A stretch of DNA of 64,000 bases, taken from assembly GCA_965112735.1 (NCBI GenBank), contig OZ218953.1, positions 5,146,001-5,210,000 on the forward strand, written 5' to 3'. Below, in pieces: positions 1-12,000 of the stretch. The stretch comes from Phaeosaccion multiseriatum (lineage: Eukaryota; Protista; Ochrophyta, other classes). Both the position numbers and the translations under genes were made by a program. The number at the start of each line of letters is the position of its first letter. Position 1 is the stretch's first letter. Below the pieces are notes generated by a model that made no database searches, was not told where the DNA came from, and worked only from the letters and a program-made list of their open reading frames with translations.

Positions 1-3000
1 CAGCAGTTGGTGGTTCAGTCGTCCGACTCTTCTTGCGTCGCCAACCCCAACCCCGGCAACTTCACCCTCACCATGGAGACGGCGAACGGGCGCAGCGAGA
101 CCACCGGACTCTTGGCGGTGGATGCTTCGGCCAGCGCGGTGGCAGAGGCTCTTTCCTCCCTCTCCAACTTAGGGGGTGGCGCCGTGCGTGTGACGAGGGC
201 CGACCACTCCTCCTATGCTGACTTCGACGCGACCGGCGTCATGACCAACGAGCTGAAGCTAGCCTACCTGCTTCACTTCGACCATGTCCAGGAGGACCTG
301 GTGGAGGTCGTTCCCACGGTCTCAGGATGTGCCGACGTGAGTGTGACAGAGGTAGTGGCCGGCAAGGGCAGCGAGGAAGCCGCCCTGCTCCGAGTCATCC
401 CCGGCCCTCGCCCCGCCACTGCGCCCGGGAACATCTCTCTCACCATCATCAGCCCCTCTGAGCTTGGGGTGACTTGGGAGGCGCCCGCCTACGGCAACTG
501 GGGCTACGGTTTCGCTAAGTACTTTGTCCAGTGGGACAAGGCGTACACCTTCGATAGAAGTGTGGTGGTGGACGGAGGGAATGTCACCTACTCCAAGGCT
601 GGTCGCTTCTCTGCAGTGACGAGCGACTTGAGCTACCAAATCTCGGGCCTGGAGGAAGGGACGGAGTACTTTGTCCGCGTGTCTGCCTTCAACGGCAACT
701 CTTCTTCCTCCTCCTCATCCTCATCCTTCAACGTTACCTCCTTGGGCTACGGCAATGCGCTGGCCTCCGTGCCGTCCACTGCCATCCCCTCGGCACAGGT
801 GCCTTACAAGCCGAACATGGTGACGATGCGCCTCAGCGAGCCTGCCTTTGTGCACCCGGACAGCCCTGGAGATATCCCTGACCAACTCGACATCTCTTGG
901 AGCCGGCCTACACTTGATAGTGCGACGCAGCTCTTTGACACGACGGATGGTGGGGACACAATTTCCCACTACCGCTTGGAGTGGTCCGAGAGAAGCGACT
1001 TTGCGGCACAGAACGGGAGCTTCGATGTACGGGCGGTGACGAGCAACGGCACGGCCGCAAGCTGCCATGTGAGCAACTGCAGCTTCCCGCTAGGCGCGGA
1101 GGTGCAATCACTAAGTGTGTACAGTGGAGATAGCTTTGCCCTTGCGGGAGGAGCTTATCGATTGACGTATACCAATTCGGCTCTCAGCGTTTCGGAGGAG
1201 ACGGAGTGCCTGAACTACAACGCCGAGTACAGCGATGTTCGATCGGCGCTGGAGGGCATCACCAACAGCACGGTGCTCGTGTCCAGGGAGGCCATCACCT
1301 CCCCGGGCCTAGGCTACAAGTACCTGCTCACCTTCGTCGGCGGCGCGGTGCGAGGCAATGTTGAGCAAGTGTCCGTCTCGGATATCGGCGGCAGCGGCAG
1401 TTGGTCATCCAACAGCAGCAGCAACAGCAGCAGTTGGTCATACAGCACATGCTCCTCCTGGAGCGTGCAGTCCAGTACCAACGTCACGTCCAACACCACC
1501 AGCCAACAGGTGGTCACCGAGACTGCCATTGATGGAGGATTCCTCAACCCCGGGACAGAATACTTCGTCCGAGCCTCGGCCATCAACTCTGTAGGCGTTG
1601 GGGAGGCAGAGGCCGCTGTCGGAGATGCGGTGGACTGCGCGGACGGGGACTCGGAAACCTGTGCCCCTCGCAGCCCCCCCGGGGAGGCGCAAAACGTGCT
1701 TGTGTATGCCCACCCCGACGACGGAGACGCTCTCCTTGTGACTTGGGAGGACGTGGACACGGACAATGGAGGCGAGGTGACGGGCTTCATCGTGGAGTAC
1801 GCTTCGGAAGACGAGGTGCTTGCCAGTTGGGCCACCTTCGGAAATGAAACCGTCGGGGCTGCACGTCGATCGGCGACCATCTACCCGTCTGCCAACATGT
1901 CCACAAGCGCTACTTGTGGTATAGAGTACACCGTTCGAGTACGTGCTGTGAACGATCAAGGACTGAGCCCTCCCTCCTGGTACGGAGAGGTGGGGTACGA
2001 GGGCTTCACTGTCGCCGTTGCCACGTGCCCGCTGGGGATTGAAGACTGCGACGAGGGGAGCAACAGCACCACGATTGTACCCCGCCGTGTGCCTCGACAG
2101 CCCGACCTTGATGTGCCCATGTCCATCTCTACGCTCAGCACCAACAGTTTCACTTCTTCTTCCCTGCTCGTCACGTTCGGCGCCAATTCGGCGGACGTCA
2201 ACGGTAGCAGCAACAGCTCCTACGCCATTTGTGGTGCCAACCGAGTGGGAACCTTCAAGGTTGAGTGGGACACCTCTCCGTCCTTTAACAGCCTCGGCAA
2301 CAAACCCCTGAGCTACAACGCCACCACGGAAACCAGTCCAGAGGTCCTGGTCTCTGCCGACGAGACGGAGGCAAGCTACAACATCACCGGGCTCACTCAA
2401 GGCACTACTTACTACATCCGAGTAACGGGCAAGAACACGCTTGGCTATGGAGCGTCCTCGGACTACCAAGACGCTACCCCTATGACCTCCAGTGATCCTC
2501 CCAGCTACCCTACCACTCTTCGGCAGCTGGACGAGCAGGACTACGACACCGCCTTCCGCGGACGCAGCCTGGAGGTGGCATGGACGGCGCCCAAGGCCAA
2601 CGCGGATTACAATGACTACCACGGGCAGGGCGGCAGTGCGGTCTCCGCCTATCTGTTGGAGTGGGGTGCGCAGAGCTTCGACAACTACAACCACACCGTC
2701 ATGACGCTCGAGCTCAGCTGCTCCGGGGGAGGCACTCCGGAAGGCGTTTACAGACTGTCGCACGATACCACCAACTCGTCCCTGTCGCCTGTGGAAGGCG
2801 CGTTCCTCTCCACGGAGATCCGAGTGGAGGCGGAGTCTTGGGAGCTGCTCACGGCGCTGGAGAACGTTCCCAGCATCGGTACAGTGGACGTGACTCGCAA
2901 CCTCACTGGCACTGGAAACTTTACCTACGAGATTGAGTTCACCAGCGAGGTGGGCAGCGTGCCCCCCCTGGAGGTGTACGATGTTTCCGCTCTGTCGTGC

Positions 3001-6000
3001 AGCGACGGAAGCAATGCTTCTGTAACCGTCGACACATGGCCTGGCGCCTTACCCAACGGGAGTGCCTACGACTCCGTCATCATCCCTGTGGAGGCCTCGG
3101 ACGGTTCGGACTTTACCCATGTCATCACCGACCTCGTACCGGGCACCGTCTACTACGCTCGAGTCAGCGCCTACAACACGCTTGGCTTCGGTGCCAGGCG
3201 CCTCGCACAGCCCTCGGGAGATAGCGCCACTTCTACCGGAGGAATGCGCGTGCCCTTCCAGGTCCCCGACGCACCCATCAGTCCTTACTACAGCGCAGGG
3301 CTGCCCTCGCTGGCCTTGGAGGGCCCCTCCTCCCTTCGCGTGGCGTTCGGCGCTCCAGAGTACGACGGAGGTGACCGCATCACAAAGTTCCAAGTGGAGT
3401 GGGACACGTCGCCTTCCTTCGACGTGGCCGCTTCGACGGCCGCAGTGGATGCCACCACCACACTGTGCTCTGCTTGTGTAACGGGCTTTAGCTTGGACGA
3501 CTTGACGTTGTCCGTCAACGGCACTGATCTCTTTGGCAAGCTCAACAGCGGAAACCGAATCCTCGTGGGCAGCTACTACGTCTTTACCGTGAGCGACAAT
3601 GTGCAGCTCGACGCTACCACCATTATGGTGGAGTCGTCGGGCCACAACGCCCTCACTGACCTCGAGGGGCCCATGAAACTGGAACTGTATTCCAACGAGT
3701 ACACCATCACAGATCTGACGGCAGGCTCCCTCTACTTCGTTCGTGTCTTTGCCAAGAATCAAATGAAGGGGTGGAGTGCCGCTTCCTTCACCTCGCCTCT
3801 CACAATGGTACCACACGGGGCTCCGGCGGCGCCCACTCAGCTGTCCGTCGGACTCGCCGGCCCATATGCTCTCAACGTGACATGGGCTTCGGCGCTTACC
3901 GCTGGCGACGTTGTGCGTACGTACCTGGTGGAGGTGTACACGGCCAGCCTCACCACCAGTCAGTCGGGCAGCATCTTTGGCCAGGCAGAGGTACAGACGG
4001 TGGCCGTGTTAGGCAATGGAGGTACATTTACGCTGGCCTTTGGGGAGGACGACGTGGCTTTGCCCGGGACGGTAAGCGTGGCCAACGGCAACGATTACCT
4101 CACCAGCACGGAAGATCTCACGGCGGTACTGAGGCGAGGTGACCGCATCTCCGTAGGGGGGTATGCGTACGTGGTGCACGCCTACGCTACCTACAACAGC
4201 ACGCATCTGCCCCTCGCCAAGGCGCCTACCAATGCAGTGACCGTGCCCACCGACCTCGGCACTGTGGAGCTCAGCGAAGGGTTCGAAGGCTTCACGGCCT
4301 CCAACCTCACCGCCTATCGAGTGGCCACCACCCCGGCCATTGCCTACGACGCGACGGCGGACGATGTGGAGCGCGTGTTGGAAACCTTGTCTAGCGTTGG
4401 CGACGTCGACGTGAGTCGAGACAAAATCACAGCTGGCGGGTATGTGTGGAGCGTCACTTTCGCCTCATCCACAGCGGTGTCGGCGGGCGACCAACCCTTG
4501 CTCGTGGGCAACGGTCGGCTGCTGGGCAACGGTACATCCGACAGCAACAACTACATTACCGTTACGGAAAGCTTGGTGGGCATCGAGCCCGACAACTATC
4601 TCGCCTATACGCTGGATGCCCCTCAGACCTCGCTCTTGGTGGACGGGCTCCAAACTGGCACTGAGTACTACGTGAGGGTTTCCGCGGCGAGCGACGTGGG
4701 CTACGGCGCCTCCTCGGTGTCGGGACCCCATGCTCCCAAGGGGGTGCCTGGAACCCTGGGCGCTGTGCAGCTGTCCCGTGTAGACATGAACCACGTAGAA
4801 ATCGAGTACGATCAAGACGCACCGGACAATGGGGCGGCTGTGGAGTCGGTTTTGGTGGAGTGGGACGTGTCGAGCTCGTTCGACAGCGACAACAAGCGCA
4901 GTCTGACGGTTACACCGAACCACCTTCTCCAAGCTGTGCGCACCAATCTTTGGGAAAGCGGGTGGACGCCATCCTCCGCCTTCTCTCTCTCCCTCTTTGA
5001 CTTCCGCGGGGCCTTTACGCAGCGTCTCGGTGGGATGGACGCCGACGGTCTCTACACCTACGTCTCCGTGGAGGAAGGAGGCAGCAACCTCACGAGAGTG
5101 ACCCCCAATGTCACCTTGGGTATGGGTTCAGCAGAGCTCTTCCACGGCGTCGCCAGGGGAGGCTTTGTGTCTGTGGGGGGGCAAGAGTTTAGCATCTGTT
5201 TGGATGGAGAGGCGGCATATAGTGCCACCGAGCTGTCTCTCTGCGACGCCGATGACCCTTGGCAGCAGGCGTACTACAACGCCACCACCAGCAAGTACGA
5301 CAACTCGCAGACACAAATCCCGGCCTATGTGCTCGACACGGCGGCAGGGAGCGTGTTAGGAGTGACGCTTGGCGACTCCTCCCTCTCCCTTTACGGTTAC
5401 GACGGCAACCTCAACAGCACAGCCAACAACCTCACCTCTGTGCTCTCTCGCGGTGATTACATTAAGCTTGGCCACCCTGAGATGGGCCGTACCTTCCGCC
5501 TCTGCACCGACGTCAGTGCGTCTAACCTCACATTGGGCCTGTGCGACCCCAACACCAATGGGGATAGCGATACCCCTGTGAGTGTGCTGGAGGGAGATGT
5601 GATGCGCTCTACATACGAGATCCAGGCTGTCACAATTGGCGCATCGGTAGCTTCGAATGCGGTCAACGCCTCCTTTGGCTTCCGCCTGGAGTGGGGCGAC
5701 TATGTCAGCGGAGAGACTGAGGCCGGCGGAGACGCGGGTTGCCTCTTGTACGGCGCCAGTGCCTCTGCGCTGGAGACAGAGCTTGAAGCCCTCGCTGCGA
5801 TTGACGACGTGAGCGTGACTCTTACCAACACGTCGGATGCCAGCTTCACCAACCTCACGTACAGCATCACCTTCACAGGAGACAAGGTGGCGGGCGGTGT
5901 GCCTCTGGTGCTTGTGTCGGACATGGGGACAAACGGTTGCGACGGAGACAACTCCACAGCCGTTACATCCTCTGTCACCGCACAGTACAGTTACACCCCC

Positions 6001-9000
6001 GTGTACAAGGTTCAAACCACGCAAGACATCCCTTACGATGCATCTGCCGCCGACGTCAAGGCCGCACTCGAGGGGCTCACGGGCGTTTGTTCGGTGGATG
6101 TGGACAGAGGCGTCAATGGCAACGGCTTCCAGTGGCTTGTCACCTTCGCCAGCAGTGACTCGGAGTCGGAGTCGGAGTACCAACAGCAGCAGATGCTTCG
6201 TGCGATGCGTGCCAACGGGGTTCAGCTCGACGCGATGGCAACCTACGTCGAGCCAGATGTCAGCGTGGTGGGAGTGGGGCGAGACTTACTCTACACCAAC
6301 ATGTCAGGGGTGCCGTACTACGTCCGTGCCTCCGCCCTCAACAGCGTAGGCCTCGGACCCTCGAAGGCGAGCTCTCCAATCAGCCTGCAGCCGGCCCCTC
6401 AGCTGCCATCCGCGGTGCGCAGGTCCAGTGTCTCTGTGGTTTCCGACTCCGAGGTGCGAGTAGAGTGGGAACCCCCTCAGCAAGACGGCGGGGCGGAGGT
6501 AACAGAGTACCTGCTTGAGTGGGACACATCCAAGACGTTCGACTCCGGTTCGGATGGTAACCCACGGGGCTCCGCTGTGGTGTACGCAGAGGACTCCGAG
6601 GAAGTCATGGACGTACAGACCCTTCGCTTCTCTGTGGACGGGGATGCCTATGTCGCAGGCAGCTTCAGCCTGGTGTTCGCCGGCCAGACCACGGGCGAGA
6701 TTGCCTACGACGCTACTGCGGAGACGGTAGAGGACGAGCTGAATGCCCTCTGCACTGTAGGAGAGGTGTTCGTTACACGAAACTTGGGCCCTGCTTCCGG
6801 CGGGCACTCCTGGATGGTGACCTTTGCGAACATGGCATACACTGGCAGTCAGCAGAACCCCACCACCAGCGCTTTGCAGACCAGTTACGGACACAAGCTC
6901 AGCGCTGTGGGGGACCATCTGCTGGTGTGTGACTCTGCCGCACGGGAGAATTGTGTTGGCGACGGCGCGAGGACGAGTCTGGTTGTGGAGTCCAAGCAGG
7001 AAGTGCAGCGTCTTCGTTGCGAGACGAGCGCGAGCGAGTTTAGCATCTCCTACATGGGACAGAGTACTGCAAACATCACCACTTCAAGCGGGTATTCTGT
7101 AACCGCCATCGAGGACGCGTTGGAGGCGCTGAGCAACTTGGGCGACGTAACCGTCGAGCTCAGCAACGGCGCTTCGGCACTCACCTGCACAGGAGAGTAC
7201 ATCATCGTCACCTTCTCCACGGCGCTGGGAGACGTCCCTCCTCTGTCCAGCAGTCAGGATGGAGACTTCGAGCAAGTCGTTCAGGGCTCGGCTCAAACCA
7301 CCGTAGGACGTATGCCTTACTCCTACCTCATTGACTCAGTATCTTCTGCCTCTTCTCCTTGGTACGTTCGTGTGGCTGCCTTCTCGAGTATCGGGTACGG
7401 GGAGTGGCAGCTCGCCTCACAGGACGATAGAACGAGCGTGTCGCCCAGCCAAGCCGCACCGCAGATGGCACTGGACGTGAGTGCGGCCGTGGCGAGCGAA
7501 AGCACGGTATGGGTGTCGTGGAGTCAGCCGGAGAGCACGGGTGGCGACGACGTTGACTACTTTGTGGTGCAGTGGGACACCCTCGACACCTTTGACAGCA
7601 CCTGCGGGGATGGACCGGAAGTTCAGACCCTCACCATTGCTTCGGAGGATCTACTGGACGCGAGTAATGCCTTCAACATTAGCGTCAATGGGCTTGAAAT
7701 CGCGTCTTGTATGGCCTGGAACAGCTCTGCCAGTACTCTTGAAGCAGCTTTCCAGGACGCCTCCTCCGCACTGGGACTCGTGACGGTCACACAGGGTGGC
7801 GACGGCTCCAGCGTGTGGTCATACGGCGTGTCCTACAGCGTTACCTTCAACTACAACAGCACGGACGAGGCGCTGCCCGACTGGCCCGAGATGGTGGTGG
7901 CGCAGTGCGAGGGTGGAGCGGGCAGCATGAATCTGACGGTTACCACGGTGGCCGACGGAACCACGGGTGCCTCTTCCGACTGCCAGGCCGGCTCTCTCAC
8001 CGCCTTTGGACAAGCCAAGGTAACTGAAGCCGACGCCTTGGCCATGGCCGCAGCGATGGCAGCAGATGGAGACACGACGGCTACAGACTATGCATACATG
8101 ATGACAGGACTCGATCCCCGAGACTCATACCACGTTCGCGTGGCGGCGGTCAACGGTTACGGGCAGGGCTCCTTCAAGCGGGCCGAGGAGGCGGTTGTCC
8201 CCTACGCCACCCCCACGCCACCTCGCAACACAACTGCCTCCGCCCTTACGACGGGGGGTGTGCGAGTGGACTTTGCCCTGCCGGAGGACTATCGAGTGGA
8301 GGGCAGCAACGGAGCCACAGTGGAAGGCTATCGGGTGAGCTTGTTCTCGCGAGTGAATGAGGTGCAGACAGTCTCTCTCTACGGCAAGCCCTCTAGTGGC
8401 AGCTACCAGCTGAGCATGGGCAATGCCTCCACATGGTGCATTGACGCAAGTGCGTCTGCCGATGACGTGGCCCTTGCTCTCGCTGTCCTCCCGCTGGTGG
8501 ACGGAGTCACTGTCAGCAGCGGCAGCAGCAGCAGCAGCAATTCTAGCAGCAACTCCAGCAGCAGCAGCAGCACAGACTACACGGTAACATTCGACGGCCC
8601 TGATCTCTGCAATGGCGACATGCCCGAGCTGGGAGCGAGCGTCTGCGCCACTCTAGGAGGAGGAGACGTGTCTTCTTCGTACTACTACGTTGACGTTACG
8701 ACCGTTACGGAGGGTGTGGCCGGCGCCGTGCGACCTGTGGTGACTGTCTCCATAACCGCGTCTTCTTCCTCCTCTTCCGTTTCGGGCTTCTTTGTGCTCT
8801 CCTACGGTTACGACTCCGCCCCCCTGAGTCTAGCACTGGGTGGGGAGGACTCCGCAGCTTCGGGAGGGGTGCTTGTCTATGTGGCGGCCGGGTCCAAGGT
8901 TGTCTACTCCACAGCAGATCTATCCCACTATCTCAATGCGGGGGACAGCGTGAGCATTGACGGCGTGCCAGTGGTGGTGGCGGGAGACTTCTTCTGCGAC

Positions 9001-12000
9001 AATGAAGGTGTCACAAACGGTGACGACTACCCCTGCACCTTTACGTTGGAGTCTTACCACCCCTCCGGAGCCAGCGACATACTCATCTATGGCGCTGCCA
9101 ACTCGCTCGGGCAGGGAGACGTAGCCGAGGGAGACACAAGCGTGCTCACCAACTGGGACCTAACCAGTCTGGTGCAGGCTGGGGAAGGAGTGGTGGTATA
9201 CGACCCTACAGATGGCAGTGTCATGGAGGTGTCTGTCGACAGCCTCTCCTCCTCCGAGCTCACCCTGGCCTCGGCCTATACCGGCGGAGACAATGTGCGT
9301 GTGAGCTTGATGGCCAAGAACCGCGTGTTGCTCGCTGCCGATGCCACCGCTGCTGAGATGGCGGATGCTCTCTACGAGGGGTGGGGGATGGCAGTGGACG
9401 TCTCCAGGGTAGGACCTGCCGCGGATGGCAGCTTGGTGTGGGAGGTGACCTTCACGGACCACTCCGGGCCCCTCACCGCCCCCTTCAGTGTTGATGTCTC
9501 GGGCTCAACCGCTCGCTACGTCGAGGCCTCCTGCAGCGGCAGTGGAGGAGCAGGCTTTAGTGGAACGTATGCTGCCACCGGTGGAATGTACGGAGGCCGG
9601 GCAGAGTACACGGCGCTCAGTCTGCCGTACTCTATGCTCTTCAATGACACCACCTCTTCTTGGGCCATTGTGAGTACGGACAATGTCGCCGTCGCCAGCG
9701 GAAACCCAACCGCCAGCATGGTACCGGCCAACATTAGCGACTGCACGCTCACCACAGGAGCAAGCAGCGGCGGTGCCCTGCTCACCCTCCTGGAGGGCGG
9801 CGACGTTTCGGTGGAGGTAACGCAGACCGGGACAGCTCCGATCCTCACTTCACCCGTGCGCTCCTTGCTCAGCAAGAGCGGGGGCGCGGAGGTGCAGGTG
9901 ATTTCCCTCACAGCGGATGCGGACAGTCTGGACGGGACCTTCGAGGTTGACTTTGGGGGGGCAGGGGGCTTTGAGGCAGACTGGGATATGAGTGCCGCTG
10001 ACATGGAACTCCGTCTGGAGGAGTTGCCCACCGTGGGAGATGTAACCGTCACCAGGACTCCAGCCTCTGCGGTCAATGCAACGGCCCACGGCTTCTCCTG
10101 GTTCGTGACCTTCAGCAGCATGCCGGGTAATGTGAATCAGCTCTACGTCGACGGTAACTCGACGGCCGTACCTCTCGCCGGTAGCGGTGTGGAGCTGACG
10201 GTTACGGAATTGATCCGCGGGCAAGAGCTGACCTTCTCCGCCGAGTTTGAGGGTGTCCCTGAGGCGACTTACCACGCACACGTGGCCACATACAGCTCGG
10301 CCGGAGAGGGAGAGGCTACCCTTGTCAAGCCCCTCACGGTGTCCGCCAAGCGAACCGTTCCTGCACCGATCATCAAGTCGGTGACGGCGCTCTCGGCAAG
10401 CCAGTTGGAGGTCGCGTATGACCACCATGTGGACTCGGGAGAGACCGCGACCACCGACCTGGTGCTCGAGTGGACTACGGACGACGACTTTGGCGACGGC
10501 GTGATGAAGAAGGTGATGGTCACCAACACGGCAGGTAGCAACGACACAGAGGGCTTCTTCCGCCTCCAGCTGGGCGGTCGATACACGCACAAACTTCTGT
10601 TTGATGCCTCTGCTGCTGATGTACAAGAGGCCCTTGAGGAGCTGTCCACCGTGGGAGAAGTCGAGGTGCAGCGGTTGGTTGACCAGGCGGGTGACGGGTA
10701 CACGTGGGTGATCGCCTTCCCCGATGCTGTGGGCCCCATGCCCAAGGCGGGCTACGGTTGTCTGGACTGCGTGGTGTCGACCAACGGCTCCATGTCCTCC
10801 AACTCCAACGACTCTACATTTGCGCTTGACATGGACCTCACAGATGTCATCTATGTCGGTGATCGCTTCACTCTGGAGTACGTGTCCGACGGCAACAGCA
10901 GTAGCAACAGCAGTTGGTCATACAGCAGCAGTGGCAGCAGCGACTTGGACACGGAAGACGGGTGCTACCTTCGTGTGGAGGAGGTGTCCGCAAACAGCAT
11001 CACCTACACGCCTCGACCGGGCTGCAACGCCAGTGTCGACTTTGCCAACGCCACTATGGCCATCAAATTCAGCGACCCCCTTGGCCTGAGTGTCGAGTCG
11101 GTCAACTTGCGATCCGTCAGCGATGACGGCGTGCTCTCTACTTTCGTGGTGGAGGAGCTGGCAGGCGCCTACCCGGCCGTGTACGGCACTCTCCCTCTGT
11201 CGGCAGAGGAGGATTGCGGGGACATTGTTGTCACCGACTCTGCCCCTCTACAGCGACTCACCCTGGCCGCCAATGACTCCGTTGTAACGGCAGGCAGCTA
11301 CCGCTTGGAGCTGGATGGACTTCTCACCGACTGCCTTGCCTACAACGCCACTCCAGCAGAGGTGGAGGCTGCTCTCGCGGGTCTGCCGAACGTTGATCAA
11401 GTGTCGGTTTCGGGGCGTATCTTCCTGGAGAATGGGGCCTACTATCCCGTCTCGGAGGCCAACAAGATCACGGACTTGTTCGGTTACGACATGCTCATTC
11501 GCTTCTGGGGCAGCTACCAAGGCAGCGCCTCTGCTTGGCCGCTCCTTCGAGTGCCACCTGCTTGGTTCGGAGTGGACAATGGCGACGCCCTGGCCTGCGA
11601 GGCCTTTGAAGGAGGCAACGCACACAGTGCCAGTGTGGTGGGCATCCTCTCCAAGGGGGCTTGCGTGGAGGGTAACACTGCCTCCCAGGTTATCCTGGCC
11701 GAGGCAGAGAGTGACCTAGGCGGCAGCTTCTCGCTACTGTACAAGGGCGATGTGCTGTCGCTTGATGCCGTGCCCTTGGACAGCACCGCAGCTGAGATGG
11801 AAGCTCTGCTGGCCGACGCCATCAACGCCACCGTTACAGAATACGCCTACGGTACCTACGGAAAGGCCTGGGAGGTGACCTTTGACGACAGCATGGGAGG
11901 GCCTCAGGACCGACTGGCGCCGTGCGATCGCTTCACGACTGGAGACAATTCCGTTGTGGGTGTATTTGAGTCAGTCACGATTACCACCTCGGCCGATGTG

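Noticed and set aside
4135-5457. RGD tripeptides (RRGDR, SRGDY) as integrin-type adhesion motifs
   Set aside because: They coincide with the structural 'GD' turn of the barrel repeat, and other copies have AGD, PGD or VGD.
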